Assembly: GCA_016181405.1 (NCBI GenBank)
Contig: JACOZJ010000002.1
Span: 138,608 to 202,607 of the forward strand
DNA length: 64,000 bases
Source: Candidatus Wildermuthbacteria bacterium
GTDB taxonomy: Bacteria > Patescibacteriota > Minisyncoccia > Minisyncoccales > UBA10102
Direction of reading: 5' to 3'
The notes beneath the pieces are model-generated. The model was not told where the DNA came from. It made no database searches and saw only the letters and a program-made list of their open reading frames with translations. The position numbers were made by a program, and so were the translations under genes. Of this stretch, positions 32,064-41,356 are shown in pieces; position 1 is the stretch's first letter; every line of letters starts with the position of its first letter.

Positions 32064-33809
32064 TTACATTTTCTCTGGAGCTTTAATACCAAGAAGGTTA
32101 AGAGAGTTTTTGATAACTTGTGCTGTGGCAGAAGTGAGTAAAAGACGGAATTGCTTTTGCTCATCACTCTCTGCCTGCAATACAGAATAGGTATTGTAAA
32201 AATGATTATAGCGCTGGGCTAACTCAAAAACAAAATTGCAAATCAAATTCGGAGAGAATTTTTCCCCTGCTTCCTCCACTACTTCAAGAAATCTATATAT
32301 CCATCTTAAGATATCCAACTCTTCTTTCGCTAGCTCCGCTGAATTTCGAATTTCGAATTTCGAATTTCGAATTTTCTGCGCTTTGCGCAGAATACTCTTG
32401 CATCGTGCGTACGTATATTGAAGGTAAGGGCCAGAATCTCCCTCCAGACTCAACGATTTTTCGAAGTCAAAGATTAGATCTTTGCCAATGCCCACCCGCA
32501 AGAATGCGTACTTTATCGCTCCTACCGTTACCATTTCCAGAATTTTTTCTTTTTCTTTGTCCGTTATCTCACTGCCAGAACTTTCAGCGATTACCCGAGC
32601 TCTCTTTTTTACTTCTTCCAGCAATTCTTCTGCCGTAATTACATTTCCAGTCCTGCTCGACATTTTTCCTTCTGGAAGACGCACCATGCCGTGCCCGATA
32701 TGTTTTGTTTTTCCTGCTAATTCGGGATTTATTTGCTTTAAAGCGGCAAGAAGAACCTTGAAATAATCGCTTACTTCGTTTCCGGTGATAACAATAGAGA
32801 AATCGTAGCGAAAATCTTTATATTTTGTGGGGGCCAAACCCAATTCTTTTGCTTCATACGTGGGAAGTCCTTGCGAATTGATGAAGACACGATTGTGCAG
32901 CCCATATTTTTCTCCTGGGAAAATAATCGCTCCTTCGCTTTCTTCAAATACTCCTTTTTTGAGGTTTTCTTGCACCAGCTTTGCACCAACTTTTCCAACC
33001 TCGCTTTCAAAATAGTAAAAATCAAATTTCGTGCCAAGACGTTTGTAAAGAGTTTCAAAATACTCGAGGCTCCATTTCCTTCCTATCTTATACAACTTAT
33101 TTATTCCTTTGTCTGAACTCTCATATACAGCCCTATTGATTCGCTGCAACTCTTCTTTTTCTTCGTCCTCTGCCAAAACTCCAGCCGCATAACACATTCC
33201 TAACCAACGAGCTTTAGCCGACAAAGAATCACTCTCCTTTGGCATCTCGTGGCTCAACTGCTTCATTCCCCAAATTGCTTTTGCCACATGCATGCCGACA
33301 TCTCCCTGATAGTTTGCTCTTTTTGCGTTTGCTCCATTTGCTTCCAAAATTCTTGAGAGCGACTCTCCAACGGTATTTGTATAGAGATGCCCAATATGAA
33401 ATTCTTTAAAGGGATTTGGATCGGTAAACTCAATCATTACTTTCTTCCCTTTCAGTGATGGGCTTTTGCCAAAATCATCTCCCTCTTTAAAAACTCGAGC
33501 CAATTCTGAAAACAGGTAGCTTTTCGATATATAGAGATTAATAAAACCGGGGCCGGCAACCTCGACCTTGTCGAACAATTTTGAATGTTGAACTTCTAAC
33601 TTTGAGACGATAAGGTCAGCGATTTCGCGGGGATTTTTGGCAAGCTGTTTTACCAATTGCAAAGCAACAGGCGTCGCATAATCCCCACGACCTTCCTCCT
33701 CTGGATGCTCTAAAGGAATCTGCTCAATGTGAGCAGATCCGATCTTGCCCTCTTCTTGGAGCTCTTGGATAGCCTTCCCTATTAATTGCTTAATTGTCTC
33801 TTGTATCAT
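32064..33809 (-). CDS. argS: arginine--tRNA ligase
   Basis: FTDPNPFKEFHIGHL (HIGH-like), GKMSSRTGNVI, and a DALR anticodon-binding C-terminus ending in M. Confidence 0.92.
   Translation of the reverse strand: MIQETIKQLIGKAIQELQEEGKIGSAHIEQIPLEHPEEEGRGDYATPVALQLVKQLAKNPREIADLIVSKLEVQHSKLFDKVEVAGPGFINLYISKSYLFSELARVFKEGDDFGKSPSLKGKKVMIEFTDPNPFKEFHIGHLYTNTVGESLSRILEANGANAKRANYQGDVGMHVAKAIWGMKQLSHEMPKESDSLSAKARWLGMCYAAGVLAEDEEKEELQRINRAVYESSDKGINKLYKIGRKWSLEYFETLYKRLGTKFDFYYFESEVGKVGAKLVQENLKKGVFEESEGAIIFPGEKYGLHNRVFINSQGLPTYEAKELGLAPTKYKDFRYDFSIVITGNEVSDYFKVLLAALKQINPELAGKTKHIGHGMVRLPEGKMSSRTGNVITAEELLEEVKKRARVIAESSGSEITDKEKEKILEMVTVGAIKYAFLRVGIGKDLIFDFEKSLSLEGDSGPYLQYTYARCKSILRKAQKIRNSKFEIRNSAELAKEELDILRWIYRFLEVVEEAGEKFSPNLICNFVFELAQRYNHFYNTYSVLQAESDEQKQFRLLLTSATAQVIKNSLNLLGIKAPEKM
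32341..32375. repeat. heptanucleotide microsatellite (GAATTTC)x4 plus 1 imperfect copy, inside argS
   Basis: gaatttc gaatttc gaatttc gaatttc gaatttt. It encodes QKIRNSKFEIRNS in a linker. Confidence 0.95.
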
Positions 33810-33893
33810 TTATTACAGTCTATCCTGTAGCACATTTTTTGTCTAAAATAAACATTGCCCAAAAGCTTAACCCAATGCTACAGTAAACTCATA

Positions 33894-34340
33894 ATGGCGA
33901 ACTATGCGGAAAACAGGAAAGCGCATTTTAACTACGAAATCTTGGAAACATTCAAGGCAGGGTTAGTATTGCAGGGACAAGAGGTAAAATCGGTAAAATT
34001 GGGGAGAATTCAGATTGCAGGATCGTATGTGGTTACCCGCGGGGAAGAGCTATTTTTGCGCGGAGCAACCATTTCTCCCTATCAGCCCGCGAACGCGCCC
34101 GCTGGCTACAATCCAGAGCGCGATAGAAAACTCCTGTTACGAAAAGAGGAAATCCGATATATTCTTGGAAAATCAAAGGAAAGAGGCTTGACTTTAGTAC
34201 CCTTAAAGGTGTATAATAACAAACGCAATCTCAAGCTTGAGTTTGGCTTAGCTCGAGGGAAAAAGACGAGAGACAAAAGAGAAGATATCAGAAAACGGGA
34301 AGCCAAGCTGCAGATTGAACGCGCCTTAAAATACGAGTGA
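33894..34340 (+). CDS. smpB: SsrA-binding protein
   Basis: NRKAHFNYEILETFKAGLVLQGQEVKS, and the tmRNA follows immediately. ATG 33894 is preferred over the TTG extension. Confidence 0.92.
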   Translation: MANYAENRKAHFNYEILETFKAGLVLQGQEVKSVKLGRIQIAGSYVVTRGEELFLRGATISPYQPANAPAGYNPERDRKLLLRKEEIRYILGKSKERGLTLVPLKVYNNKRNLKLEFGLARGKKTRDKREDIRKREAKLQIERALKYE

Positions 34341-34343
34341 ATA

Positions 34344-34708
34344 TGGGGATGTCCAGCTTTGACAGCGAGCCAAAGCAATTCTCGCGATGGGAGTACGGCC
34401 TCCTTAAAACCGAGGCAATACAACTGCCAACATTTTTAAGCCGGCACAACCGGCTCTTGCCTACGCATAACGCCAACAGGCGAATTTGCAGGCCATTCGC
34501 TCTTTGACTCTCGATAAAAGAAGCGGGTGTCAACCATCGAGATAGATAGCTTTTTCGAAGGTCCGGGAGCTATTGATCTTTAAGGACCATCAAAGAGAAA
34601 GTGGGTTCGTCCAGTTCTTGCACTCTCTCTTTCAAAAAACTGGACTATCATCGTAGATAGAATTTCCTCGTCTCGCTGGACGCGGGTTCGACCCCGCCAT
34701 CTCCACCA
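34344..34708 (+). ncRNA. ssrA: tmRNA (ssrA)
   Basis: 5' GGGGATGTCCAGCTTTGACAGCGAG and a 3' tRNA-like end GGACGCGGGTTCGACCCCGCCATCTCCACCA. The candidate tag ORF at 34426-34470 is GCC AAC ATT TTT AAG CCG GCA CAA CCG GCT CTT GCC TAC GCA TAA (ANIFKPAQPALAYA). Confidence 0.9.
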
Positions 34709-34725
34709 AACAATCAACAATCACT

Positions 34726-35235
34726 TTGCAGAAACGCATTTACATAAACAACCAGATACGGGCTACCGAAGTAAGGCTCATTGATGAAACCGGAAAGCAA
34801 CTAGGAGTCTTGCCTCTTGCAGAGGCCCTCAACCTTGCCAAAGAACGAGGTTTTGACTTAATCCAGGTAACCGAACGTCTGGAACCTCCAGTGTGCAAAC
34901 TCGGTGATTATGGAAAATATCTTTATCAGCAAGAGAAGAAAGCAAAAGAAACAAAAAAGCAGGATAGTGGTGAGCTAAAGGAGGTCCGACTCACCTTTAC
35001 CATCTCAAGCCACGACTTGGAAACGAGAGTAAGGCAGGCAGAAAAGTTTTTGCAAAAAGGAAACCGTGTTCGCATTACGCTTCGCCTCCGAGGCCGCCAA
35101 AACGCCCTTGAAGGATACGCGAAAGAAAAGATAGAAAAGTTTATGGAAGCGCTCACTGCTCGAATTTCCGTCAAGAAAGAAAGAGAGCTAAAAAAAGAAC
35201 CGCGCGGGCTATCCATTATTGTAGTTAAAAGTTGA
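34726..35235 (+). CDS. infC: translation initiation factor IF-3
   Basis: INNQIRATEVRLIDETGKQLGVL and the C-domain KEVRLTFTISSHDLETRVRQAEKFL. It has a non-ATG (TTG) start, which is common for infC. Confidence 0.9.
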   Translation: MQKRIYINNQIRATEVRLIDETGKQLGVLPLAEALNLAKERGFDLIQVTERLEPPVCKLGDYGKYLYQQEKKAKETKKQDSGELKEVRLTFTISSHDLETRVRQAEKFLQKGNRVRITLRLRGRQNALEGYAKEKIEKFMEALTARISVKKERELKKEPRGLSIIVVKS

Positions 35236-35246
35236 GGATAGAAAAT

Positions 35247-35441
35247 ATGGCAAAGCAAAAAACAAGAAAGGCAATCACGAAACGCTTTAAGATAACCCGC
35301 ACTGGGAAGATTTTACGCAGACCAACCGGACAAGACCATTATCTTGCCAAACGTTCGTCCAAAAAACGAAGGCAACTAAGAAAGTGGATTGAGTTATCAA
35401 AGCCGGAAGCTAAAGCAATAAAACGGCTGTTAAACAGTTAG
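35247..35441 (+). CDS. rpmI: 50S ribosomal protein L35
   Basis: MAKQKTRKAITKRFKITRTGKILRR, with GAGGA upstream. Confidence 0.92.
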   Translation: MAKQKTRKAITKRFKITRTGKILRRPTGQDHYLAKRSSKKRRQLRKWIELSKPEAKAIKRLLNS

Positions 35442-35453
35442 CATTTCATTACT

Positions 35454-35798
35454 ATGGCTCGAGTCAAACGAGGGACTATTTCTCATAAGCGTAGAAAAAA
35501 TGTCTTGGCAAAAGCCAAAGGCTTTCGCTGGGGAAGAAAATCAAAATACCGCCTTGCGAAAGATGCCCTGCGCCACGCTGGAGAATATGCGTACCGCGAC
35601 CGCAAAACAAAAAAGCGGATATTTCGACAAGATTGGCAAAGAACATTGAGCGGCGCCCTGGAATCTCAAGACCTCAATTACAGCAGATTTATTTCTCTGC
35701 TCAAAAAAAATAACATATCGCTCGACCGCAAAATTTTGGCTCAGCTTGTCAAAGATTATCCTCAAACATTCCAGCAACTCGTGGAAAAAATTAAATAG
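35454..35798 (+). CDS. rplT: 50S ribosomal protein L20
   Basis: MARVKRGTISHKRRKNVLAKAKGFRW. Confidence 0.93.
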   Translation: MARVKRGTISHKRRKNVLAKAKGFRWGRKSKYRLAKDALRHAGEYAYRDRKTKKRIFRQDWQRTLSGALESQDLNYSRFISLLKKNNISLDRKILAQLVKDYPQTFQQLVEKIK

Positions 35799-36072
35799 CG
35801 CCTTCTTTCTTAAGGAGTCTTCTCTTCTTTTGTATCCCGAAGCGATATCCTCCAATCTTGCCGTCGGCCCTCACGACACGATGGCAGGGAATTGTTTTCA
35901 AATCGGGATTTTTATTAAGCGCATTGCCCACTGCGCGGAACGCTTTTGGGTGCCCAATTATCTCTGCAATTTCTTTATAGGTCCGGATATCGCCTCTTGG
36001 AATTTGCCTTACAGCATCATACACCCTTTGCTGAAAGGAAGTGATGCGCCTTTTCGAGGACTTGTTTTGCAT
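35791..36072 (-). CDS. ogt: methylated-DNA--protein-cysteine methyltransferase (DNA-binding/active-site domain only)
   Basis: IPCHRVVRADGKIGGY (PCHR active site), FQQRVYDAVRQIPRGDIRTYKEIA. The start is uncertain (36072 or 36135). Confidence 0.8.
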   Translation of the reverse strand: MQNKSSKRRITSFQQRVYDAVRQIPRGDIRTYKEIAEIIGHPKAFRAVGNALNKNPDLKTIPCHRVVRADGKIGGYRFGIQKKRRLLKKEGAI

Positions 36073-36457
36073 TTTGGTAAGTAAGTTTCTCTTTGGCCTG
36101 CTCATAGGGAAGCCACTGGAAACCCACATGCTCATGGGAAATTATTACTTTTTTCTGTTTTGTCTGCGCCAGATAAAAAGCAACGGTTTTTGAAATTTTC
36201 TGCCCTCCAAATTGAAACCAATAGCGGATTTCTTCCCGAAAACCATCAAACAGTTTGATATCTTTCAGTCCGGTTTCTTCTTGTACTTCGCGGAGAACCG
36301 TATCTTTTTCTTCTTCTCCTTTTTCAATATGCCCCTTTGCCAAATCCCAATATTCCCCCTTTGCTTTTTTGGAAGAGGGATAATGAAGAAGGAGATACAT
36401 TGATTCCCCTTTTTCGATACGGAATATAATAGCTCCGGCTGATTTTTCTTTAGGCAT
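36017..36457 (-). CDS. NUDIX hydrolase
   Basis: Nudix box GHIEKGEEEKDTVLREVQEETGL. Confidence 0.85.
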   Translation of the reverse strand: MPKEKSAGAIIFRIEKGESMYLLLHYPSSKKAKGEYWDLAKGHIEKGEEEKDTVLREVQEETGLKDIKLFDGFREEIRYWFQFGGQKISKTVAFYLAQTKQKKVIISHEHVGFQWLPYEQAKEKLTYQNAKQVLEKAHHFLSAKGV

Positions 36458-36458
36458 A

Positions 36459-38210
36459 CTACTTAAGCAAAGAAAGCATTTCTTCTAAGGGATAGCTGTT
36501 AATAATATCTTGCTGCTCTGCCCAGCCCCGACGCGCCTGCGCAATTCCGTATCTCAAGTACCCAAGGTGCGATATAGAGTGCGCGTCAGAATCGATGGCC
36601 ATTTTGCAGCCGGCTTCCGCGGCTTTCTTTATGTTGCTGTCTGCGAGATCCAAGCGTTCTGGAAACGCGTTAATCTCCAGGATAGTCCCTGTTTCCTTTG
36701 CCGTCGCAATAACCTCGTCCATATCCACTTGATATGCTTCTCTCTTGGCGATAAGCCGCCCCGTTGGGTGAAACAAAATGTCGGCATGAGGATTACCCAT
36801 CGCTTTTACGATTCTTGCGGTCATATCTTTCTTGGTCATTTTGAAATTTGAGTGCACGGAAATTCCCACCACATCAAGTTTTGCAAGAACTTCATCTGCA
36901 ATATCGAGCGTACCGTCTTTTCTGATATTTACCTCCGCCCCTTTCAAAACTCGAAACTTTTCTCCTTGCGTTTTGAGCTTTTCATTTATCTTATCGATTT
37001 CGCGCATTTGTGAAAGCAGTTTCTTCTCGTCCATCCCGCCGGTCATTGCGAGGTCTCGCGTATGGTCTGTTATAGCTATATACTCTAACCCCTGCTTTTT
37101 CGCTTCTCTTGCCATTGCTTCAATAGAATCTTTTCCATCAGTCCAATCGGTTTGGACCTGCAAGTCCCCTTTCAAAGAACCGTAAGGTATGACTTTGGGA
37201 AGCCCGGGGAGTTTACCCTGAACTTGTCGAAGGGCAGCGTCGATCTCCCCGCGATCCTCACGGAGTTCAGGTTCAATATAGTTCATGCCCAAAGCCTTGT
37301 ACACGTCTTCTTCCGTATTGCAGGCAATGCGCTTTTTCCCCCGGAACAGCCCGTATTCTGAAAGCTTATACCCCTTGCTTGCCGCATACGTCCGGAGCCG
37401 CACATTATGCTCTTTGGAACCCGTAAAATATTGCAGCCCTGCTCCGAATACTTCTTCTGGGAGAACACGCATATCGATATCGAACCCTTCTCGTGTGCGC
37501 ACGGAAACTTTCGTTGCCCCCTTTCCCCAAATTTTTTCATACGAAACTACGGAAAGAAAATGTCCTATAGCTTTCTCCGGCTTTTTGCTCGTTATCAAGA
37601 TATCCACGTCTCCGATAGTCTCTTTCATACGCCTTATCGATCCTGCCGCAACCGCGCGCGTAACAAATGGCGAACCCTCGAGCTTGCCCAGCAAAACCTC
37701 CACGTACGGGAAAATAGTGCCGAGCAGCCATCGACCCTTAGAGCGTTTTACAAACTCAATTCCCTGGAGAATGTTTTGCTCCGTTCTCTCGCCAAAATTG
37801 GGAAGCTTTCTCACCTTGCCGGCTTTGGCAGCCTTTTCTAGATCGGCTATCGTTTTTATTTTCAGGTGCTTGTACAGGTCACGCACCATTTTAGGGCCCA
37901 CCCCCTCAATACGCGTGAGCTCTTTAATATCGACTGGGATTTTCTTTCGCAATTTTTCGTATTCTCCTATAGCTCCTGTTTTGATATATTCCTCAATTTT
38001 CTCCGCCATTCCCTTCCCCACCCCAGGAATCTTGTCTAACCCCTTGATGCCTTCTCTTTTGTAAATATCCTCAACTCTTTCTTGAAGCGTTTCCAGCACG
38101 CCTGCGGCCCGCTCGTATGCTTGCGGCTTAAAGGACACATCCTCAATTTCCAGATACAAAGCAATAGTTGAAAATAGTGATGCCAGTTCTTTATTGTCCA
38201 TAGCATTCAT
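36459..38210 (-). CDS. polX: family X DNA polymerase with a C-terminal PHP domain
   Basis: HhH motifs (IPGVGKGMAEKI, IEGVGPKMV), the GSIRRMKETIGDVDIL nucleotidyltransferase motif, and PHP histidines (ITDHT, SVHSN, DSDAH). Confidence 0.9.
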   Translation of the reverse strand: MNAMDNKELASLFSTIALYLEIEDVSFKPQAYERAAGVLETLQERVEDIYKREGIKGLDKIPGVGKGMAEKIEEYIKTGAIGEYEKLRKKIPVDIKELTRIEGVGPKMVRDLYKHLKIKTIADLEKAAKAGKVRKLPNFGERTEQNILQGIEFVKRSKGRWLLGTIFPYVEVLLGKLEGSPFVTRAVAAGSIRRMKETIGDVDILITSKKPEKAIGHFLSVVSYEKIWGKGATKVSVRTREGFDIDMRVLPEEVFGAGLQYFTGSKEHNVRLRTYAASKGYKLSEYGLFRGKKRIACNTEEDVYKALGMNYIEPELREDRGEIDAALRQVQGKLPGLPKVIPYGSLKGDLQVQTDWTDGKDSIEAMAREAKKQGLEYIAITDHTRDLAMTGGMDEKKLLSQMREIDKINEKLKTQGEKFRVLKGAEVNIRKDGTLDIADEVLAKLDVVGISVHSNFKMTKKDMTARIVKAMGNPHADILFHPTGRLIAKREAYQVDMDEVIATAKETGTILEINAFPERLDLADSNIKKAAEAGCKMAIDSDAHSISHLGYLRYGIAQARRGWAEQQDIINSYPLEEMLSLLK

Positions 38211-38289
38211 CCTACAACTCCCGTTTCAACAAATAAAGGTTTTCTTATTTGGCGTTTTGTTGTATATTCCCTAAATAAAAGCGCAAAAG

Positions 38290-38907
38290 ATGATATCGCA
38301 TATTCTCAAGAAAATCGCAAAGCTCTCGCCCATTCGCTCAATGCTTTTCTTTTTTTATGGCCGGGCTGCTTCCAAAATGAGTAAAGAGCTTGCCGCCTAT
38401 ATTGCGCCTGGGGATCGTGTCTTGGATCTCGGCTGCGGCACTGGTATCATTGCGAGTACCGTAGCCAAAACGCTCAACGTATCTTTAGTGGGCACAGATG
38501 TGATAGATATTCGCCAGGTAGATATTCCCTTCGTTCTTTACGATGGGGAGAAACTTCCATTCCCCGATAAAAGCTTCGACATAGTGTTAATTTCGTACGT
38601 TCTCCACCACGTTGAAAAGGTAGAAATTCTTCTGCAAGAGGCACGCAGGGTTTGCCGAGGAAGAATTATCATATATGAAGACACTCCTCAAAATCTCTTC
38701 CATCGGGCTTCCTGTTTTTTCCATGGCTTTTCTTATGGCTCTCTCTTCGGCATTAAAAAGAAATGCGCGTTCCACACAAGAAAAGAATGGCTCTCGCTAT
38801 TTCAAAAGCTCCAACTCTCACTCGTGCATACACAAAAAATAAAATTCTTTAACCCTGTTCATATAACTGCGCGAAATCTCTTCGTTCTTTCTCCTGATGC
38901 TTCATAA
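38290..38907 (+). CDS. class I SAM-dependent methyltransferase
   Basis: VLDLGCGTGIIA motif I and FDIVLISYVLHHV. Confidence 0.8.
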   Translation: MISHILKKIAKLSPIRSMLFFFYGRAASKMSKELAAYIAPGDRVLDLGCGTGIIASTVAKTLNVSLVGTDVIDIRQVDIPFVLYDGEKLPFPDKSFDIVLISYVLHHVEKVEILLQEARRVCRGRIIIYEDTPQNLFHRASCFFHGFSYGSLFGIKKKCAFHTRKEWLSLFQKLQLSLVHTQKIKFFNPVHITARNLFVLSPDAS

Positions 38908-39906
38908 CTCGTGCCCAAGCGCCTTGATTGCCTTATTCCCCTTCTGAAACATCAACTTTCCCAAAAGGCGTACGCCGAAGTGGAAAAGCAGTGCCAAACC
39001 CGCAACCGCAAACAACATTTCAACGGCGCGCACTACGAGCGCGAACGCTGCCCCCGTGCCAACTCCCAAGCCGAAAGCCCCAAATGCAATTGCCTGCAAG
39101 ATATCGTGAGCGCCTAGGGCCGCGGGAATAGGCACGAGAATCGCAAGGTAGTAAAACGCGTGTATCGTAATAGCGGGGAGAATGGCAAAACCTTTTTCGA
39201 AGAAAAAAATTATGGCCCATGCCCTTGCTATTCCCGCAATGCTCTTTCCCAGAGACAGGTAAATTCCCTGCCAGAACGCGGGATTTCGTAGCTGGAAAAA
39301 CTGAAATATCTCTTCCTCCACCTCCTGCGCTCCTCCAGTACCCTTCCAAAAAAATCGCACGATACTCTTTTTTTGAAACAAACGGATGTAAAGAAAAGCG
39401 AGGAGAAAAAGCCACCCTCCAATAAAACCAATCGCAGCAATCATTTTTGCGGAGTAGGAAATATGATCTCCCATAACCAAAAATATAACGCCTCCCGCCA
39501 GCACTACGAAAAGATTCGAAGTGATCTCAAGGATACGGTCAATAAGCACGGAGGCCATTCCTTTTGCTAGATCAATACACTGCTGCTCTTTGAGCGACGA
39601 GGCCCGGAACAATTCATTCCCAAAGAGAAATACGGGCGCAAAAAACCAAAGCGCAAAGCCGGCAAGATACATCTTTACCGTCTCGAACAATGGGATATTA
39701 CATCCCTGTCCCTTGAGAATAACGTGCCATCGTAAAGCACCCGTGAGGATAAATACGCCAGTCAGAAGAAAAATAATGAGGGCGTTGAGAAAAGAGAGAG
39801 CCCGAAGCGGCTCCCAAACCTCATTCCAGCCCACGCCGCCAATTAAGAAACCAAAAAGCAAAACCCCTGCCGCTAAAGTACCTAAAACGAGAACCAACCG
39901 TTTCAT
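38902..39906 (-). CDS. flippase-like/lysyl-PG-synthase-TM-like integral membrane protein (UPF0104-like)
   Basis: About 8 predicted TM helices. The family call is by overall pattern only. Confidence 0.5.
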   Translation of the reverse strand: MKRLVLVLGTLAAGVLLFGFLIGGVGWNEVWEPLRALSFLNALIIFLLTGVFILTGALRWHVILKGQGCNIPLFETVKMYLAGFALWFFAPVFLFGNELFRASSLKEQQCIDLAKGMASVLIDRILEITSNLFVVLAGGVIFLVMGDHISYSAKMIAAIGFIGGWLFLLAFLYIRLFQKKSIVRFFWKGTGGAQEVEEEIFQFFQLRNPAFWQGIYLSLGKSIAGIARAWAIIFFFEKGFAILPAITIHAFYYLAILVPIPAALGAHDILQAIAFGAFGLGVGTGAAFALVVRAVEMLFAVAGLALLFHFGVRLLGKLMFQKGNKAIKALGHEL

Positions 39907-39978
39907 ATCAGATGATGTATTATAGCAAAAGAAGGGGGCGGGCGCATCAGTGATGCAACCCGCCCTTCGAGCACTTTG

Positions 39979-41226
39979 TCAGGCGCTCCTTGTGAATCTC
40001 TCTAATCTGGGAGTAAACAGTCTAGGGATATTTGGCTGCTCTCCCGCTCTTACTATCATCTGGGCGAGAGCGCGGGCTGCCCCAGGAATCCCTGGGAACC
40101 CATGGCCCCCGAATCCGCAGATCACATACTGGTCGTGTGCACCTGGAAGGCGTCCGACCACAGGGAGACCATCTGGAGACTCCCACATGATGCCCGTCCA
40201 TTCATTGGTTACCCGGGCATTTTCTGGAAGTCCGAGGTCTCGTATTGCGTAGCTACGCAACGCTCTCCCTATGACAGGATTCACCCGTGAATCATCTGTT
40301 TCCCCTTCTTCACGAGAAGGAGAAATATGCCTCATCCCCCCCAAGAGAAGGCCTTTCCCCCGCCAAAGGCCATACACGAGGCCATCGGCAGTCCCAAAAC
40401 CTATCTCGCGGTGAGGAACAGGATAAAATCTTGTCAGCTGCCCCCGGATGGGCAGAAAACCGGGAGCGAGGGCAGTAGCCGCTTCTCCGAGAAACGGTCT
40501 GTTTGTTGCATGGACAACGATTTCTGCCCTCACATTGCCTTTAGAGGTTGTAAGGATGAACCCACCACCCTCCTGAGGGGTGATGTCATACACCTCCGTC
40601 ATCACTCGGATTTGGACGCCTCGCTGACGGGCTGCATCCGCAAGTCCTAAGATGAGCTGAACAGGATGCACCTGGGCAGCCTGTGGCTTGAACAGACCGC
40701 CGGCGAACCCCGGAAATCCAGCCTCTGTACATTGCTGAGCATCCCATAATTCTGGCGGGTGGTCGAGCAATTCGAGTAAGGCTCGGCGCTCTTGAAGTTC
40801 GAGGAGCTCTCCTTCTTCTTTCGCGAGAAAAACGTATCCTGAGTTGCGAAGGCCGCAGCGGATATGAAACCTCTCGATAAACTCCTCAAGTAGTCGAGCG
40901 GACGTGATTTCGAAGTCTAGCCATGCCTTTGCAGCCTCGCGCCCATGGAGCCGGCTTATGGTTTCCACGGGGATGTTTCCGGGATTGACGTGTCCGCCAT
41001 TGCGACCGCTTGCTCCTCCTGCAAGTCCATCCTGTTCAAGGATTAGGACTTCGTCCTCCATGCCAAGAAGAACCAACCACAGAGCGGTCAGCACGCCTGC
41101 CAGCCCGCCCCCCACGATCGCAACCTTCGCCACCTCTCCCTCAATGGCGCCGGAGGGAAAGCCGTCGCGGCGGCGATCCCACCAAATAGAGATCTGCTGC
41201 GCTATGCCGAATTTCTCCCGTACCAT
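39979..41226 (-). CDS. FAD-dependent oxidoreductase (DAO/glycine-oxidase-like)
   Basis: KVAIVGGGLAGVLTALWL dinucleotide-binding motif and the C-terminal GFGGHGF. The gene is GC-rich. Confidence 0.8.
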   Translation of the reverse strand: MVREKFGIAQQISIWWDRRRDGFPSGAIEGEVAKVAIVGGGLAGVLTALWLVLLGMEDEVLILEQDGLAGGASGRNGGHVNPGNIPVETISRLHGREAAKAWLDFEITSARLLEEFIERFHIRCGLRNSGYVFLAKEEGELLELQERRALLELLDHPPELWDAQQCTEAGFPGFAGGLFKPQAAQVHPVQLILGLADAARQRGVQIRVMTEVYDITPQEGGGFILTTSKGNVRAEIVVHATNRPFLGEAATALAPGFLPIRGQLTRFYPVPHREIGFGTADGLVYGLWRGKGLLLGGMRHISPSREEGETDDSRVNPVIGRALRSYAIRDLGLPENARVTNEWTGIMWESPDGLPVVGRLPGAHDQYVICGFGGHGFPGIPGAARALAQMIVRAGEQPNIPRLFTPRLERFTRSA

Positions 41227-41356
41227 TGTCGTTCTCCCCCCTCACCCATAGTGCTTGGGTGAATAGCTTTTAGATACCCAAAAGAACTGTGAAACTTATA
41301 TACTCCAAAATCTCCCAAAAATCAAGGATTTAGACTCGGACACATATCAAAACTCT

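Noticed and set aside
32341-32375. The tandem repeat considered as a CRISPR array or regulatory repeat.
   Set aside because: The units are only 7 nt, contiguous, without spacers, and lie inside the argS reading frame. It is reported as a coding microsatellite instead.
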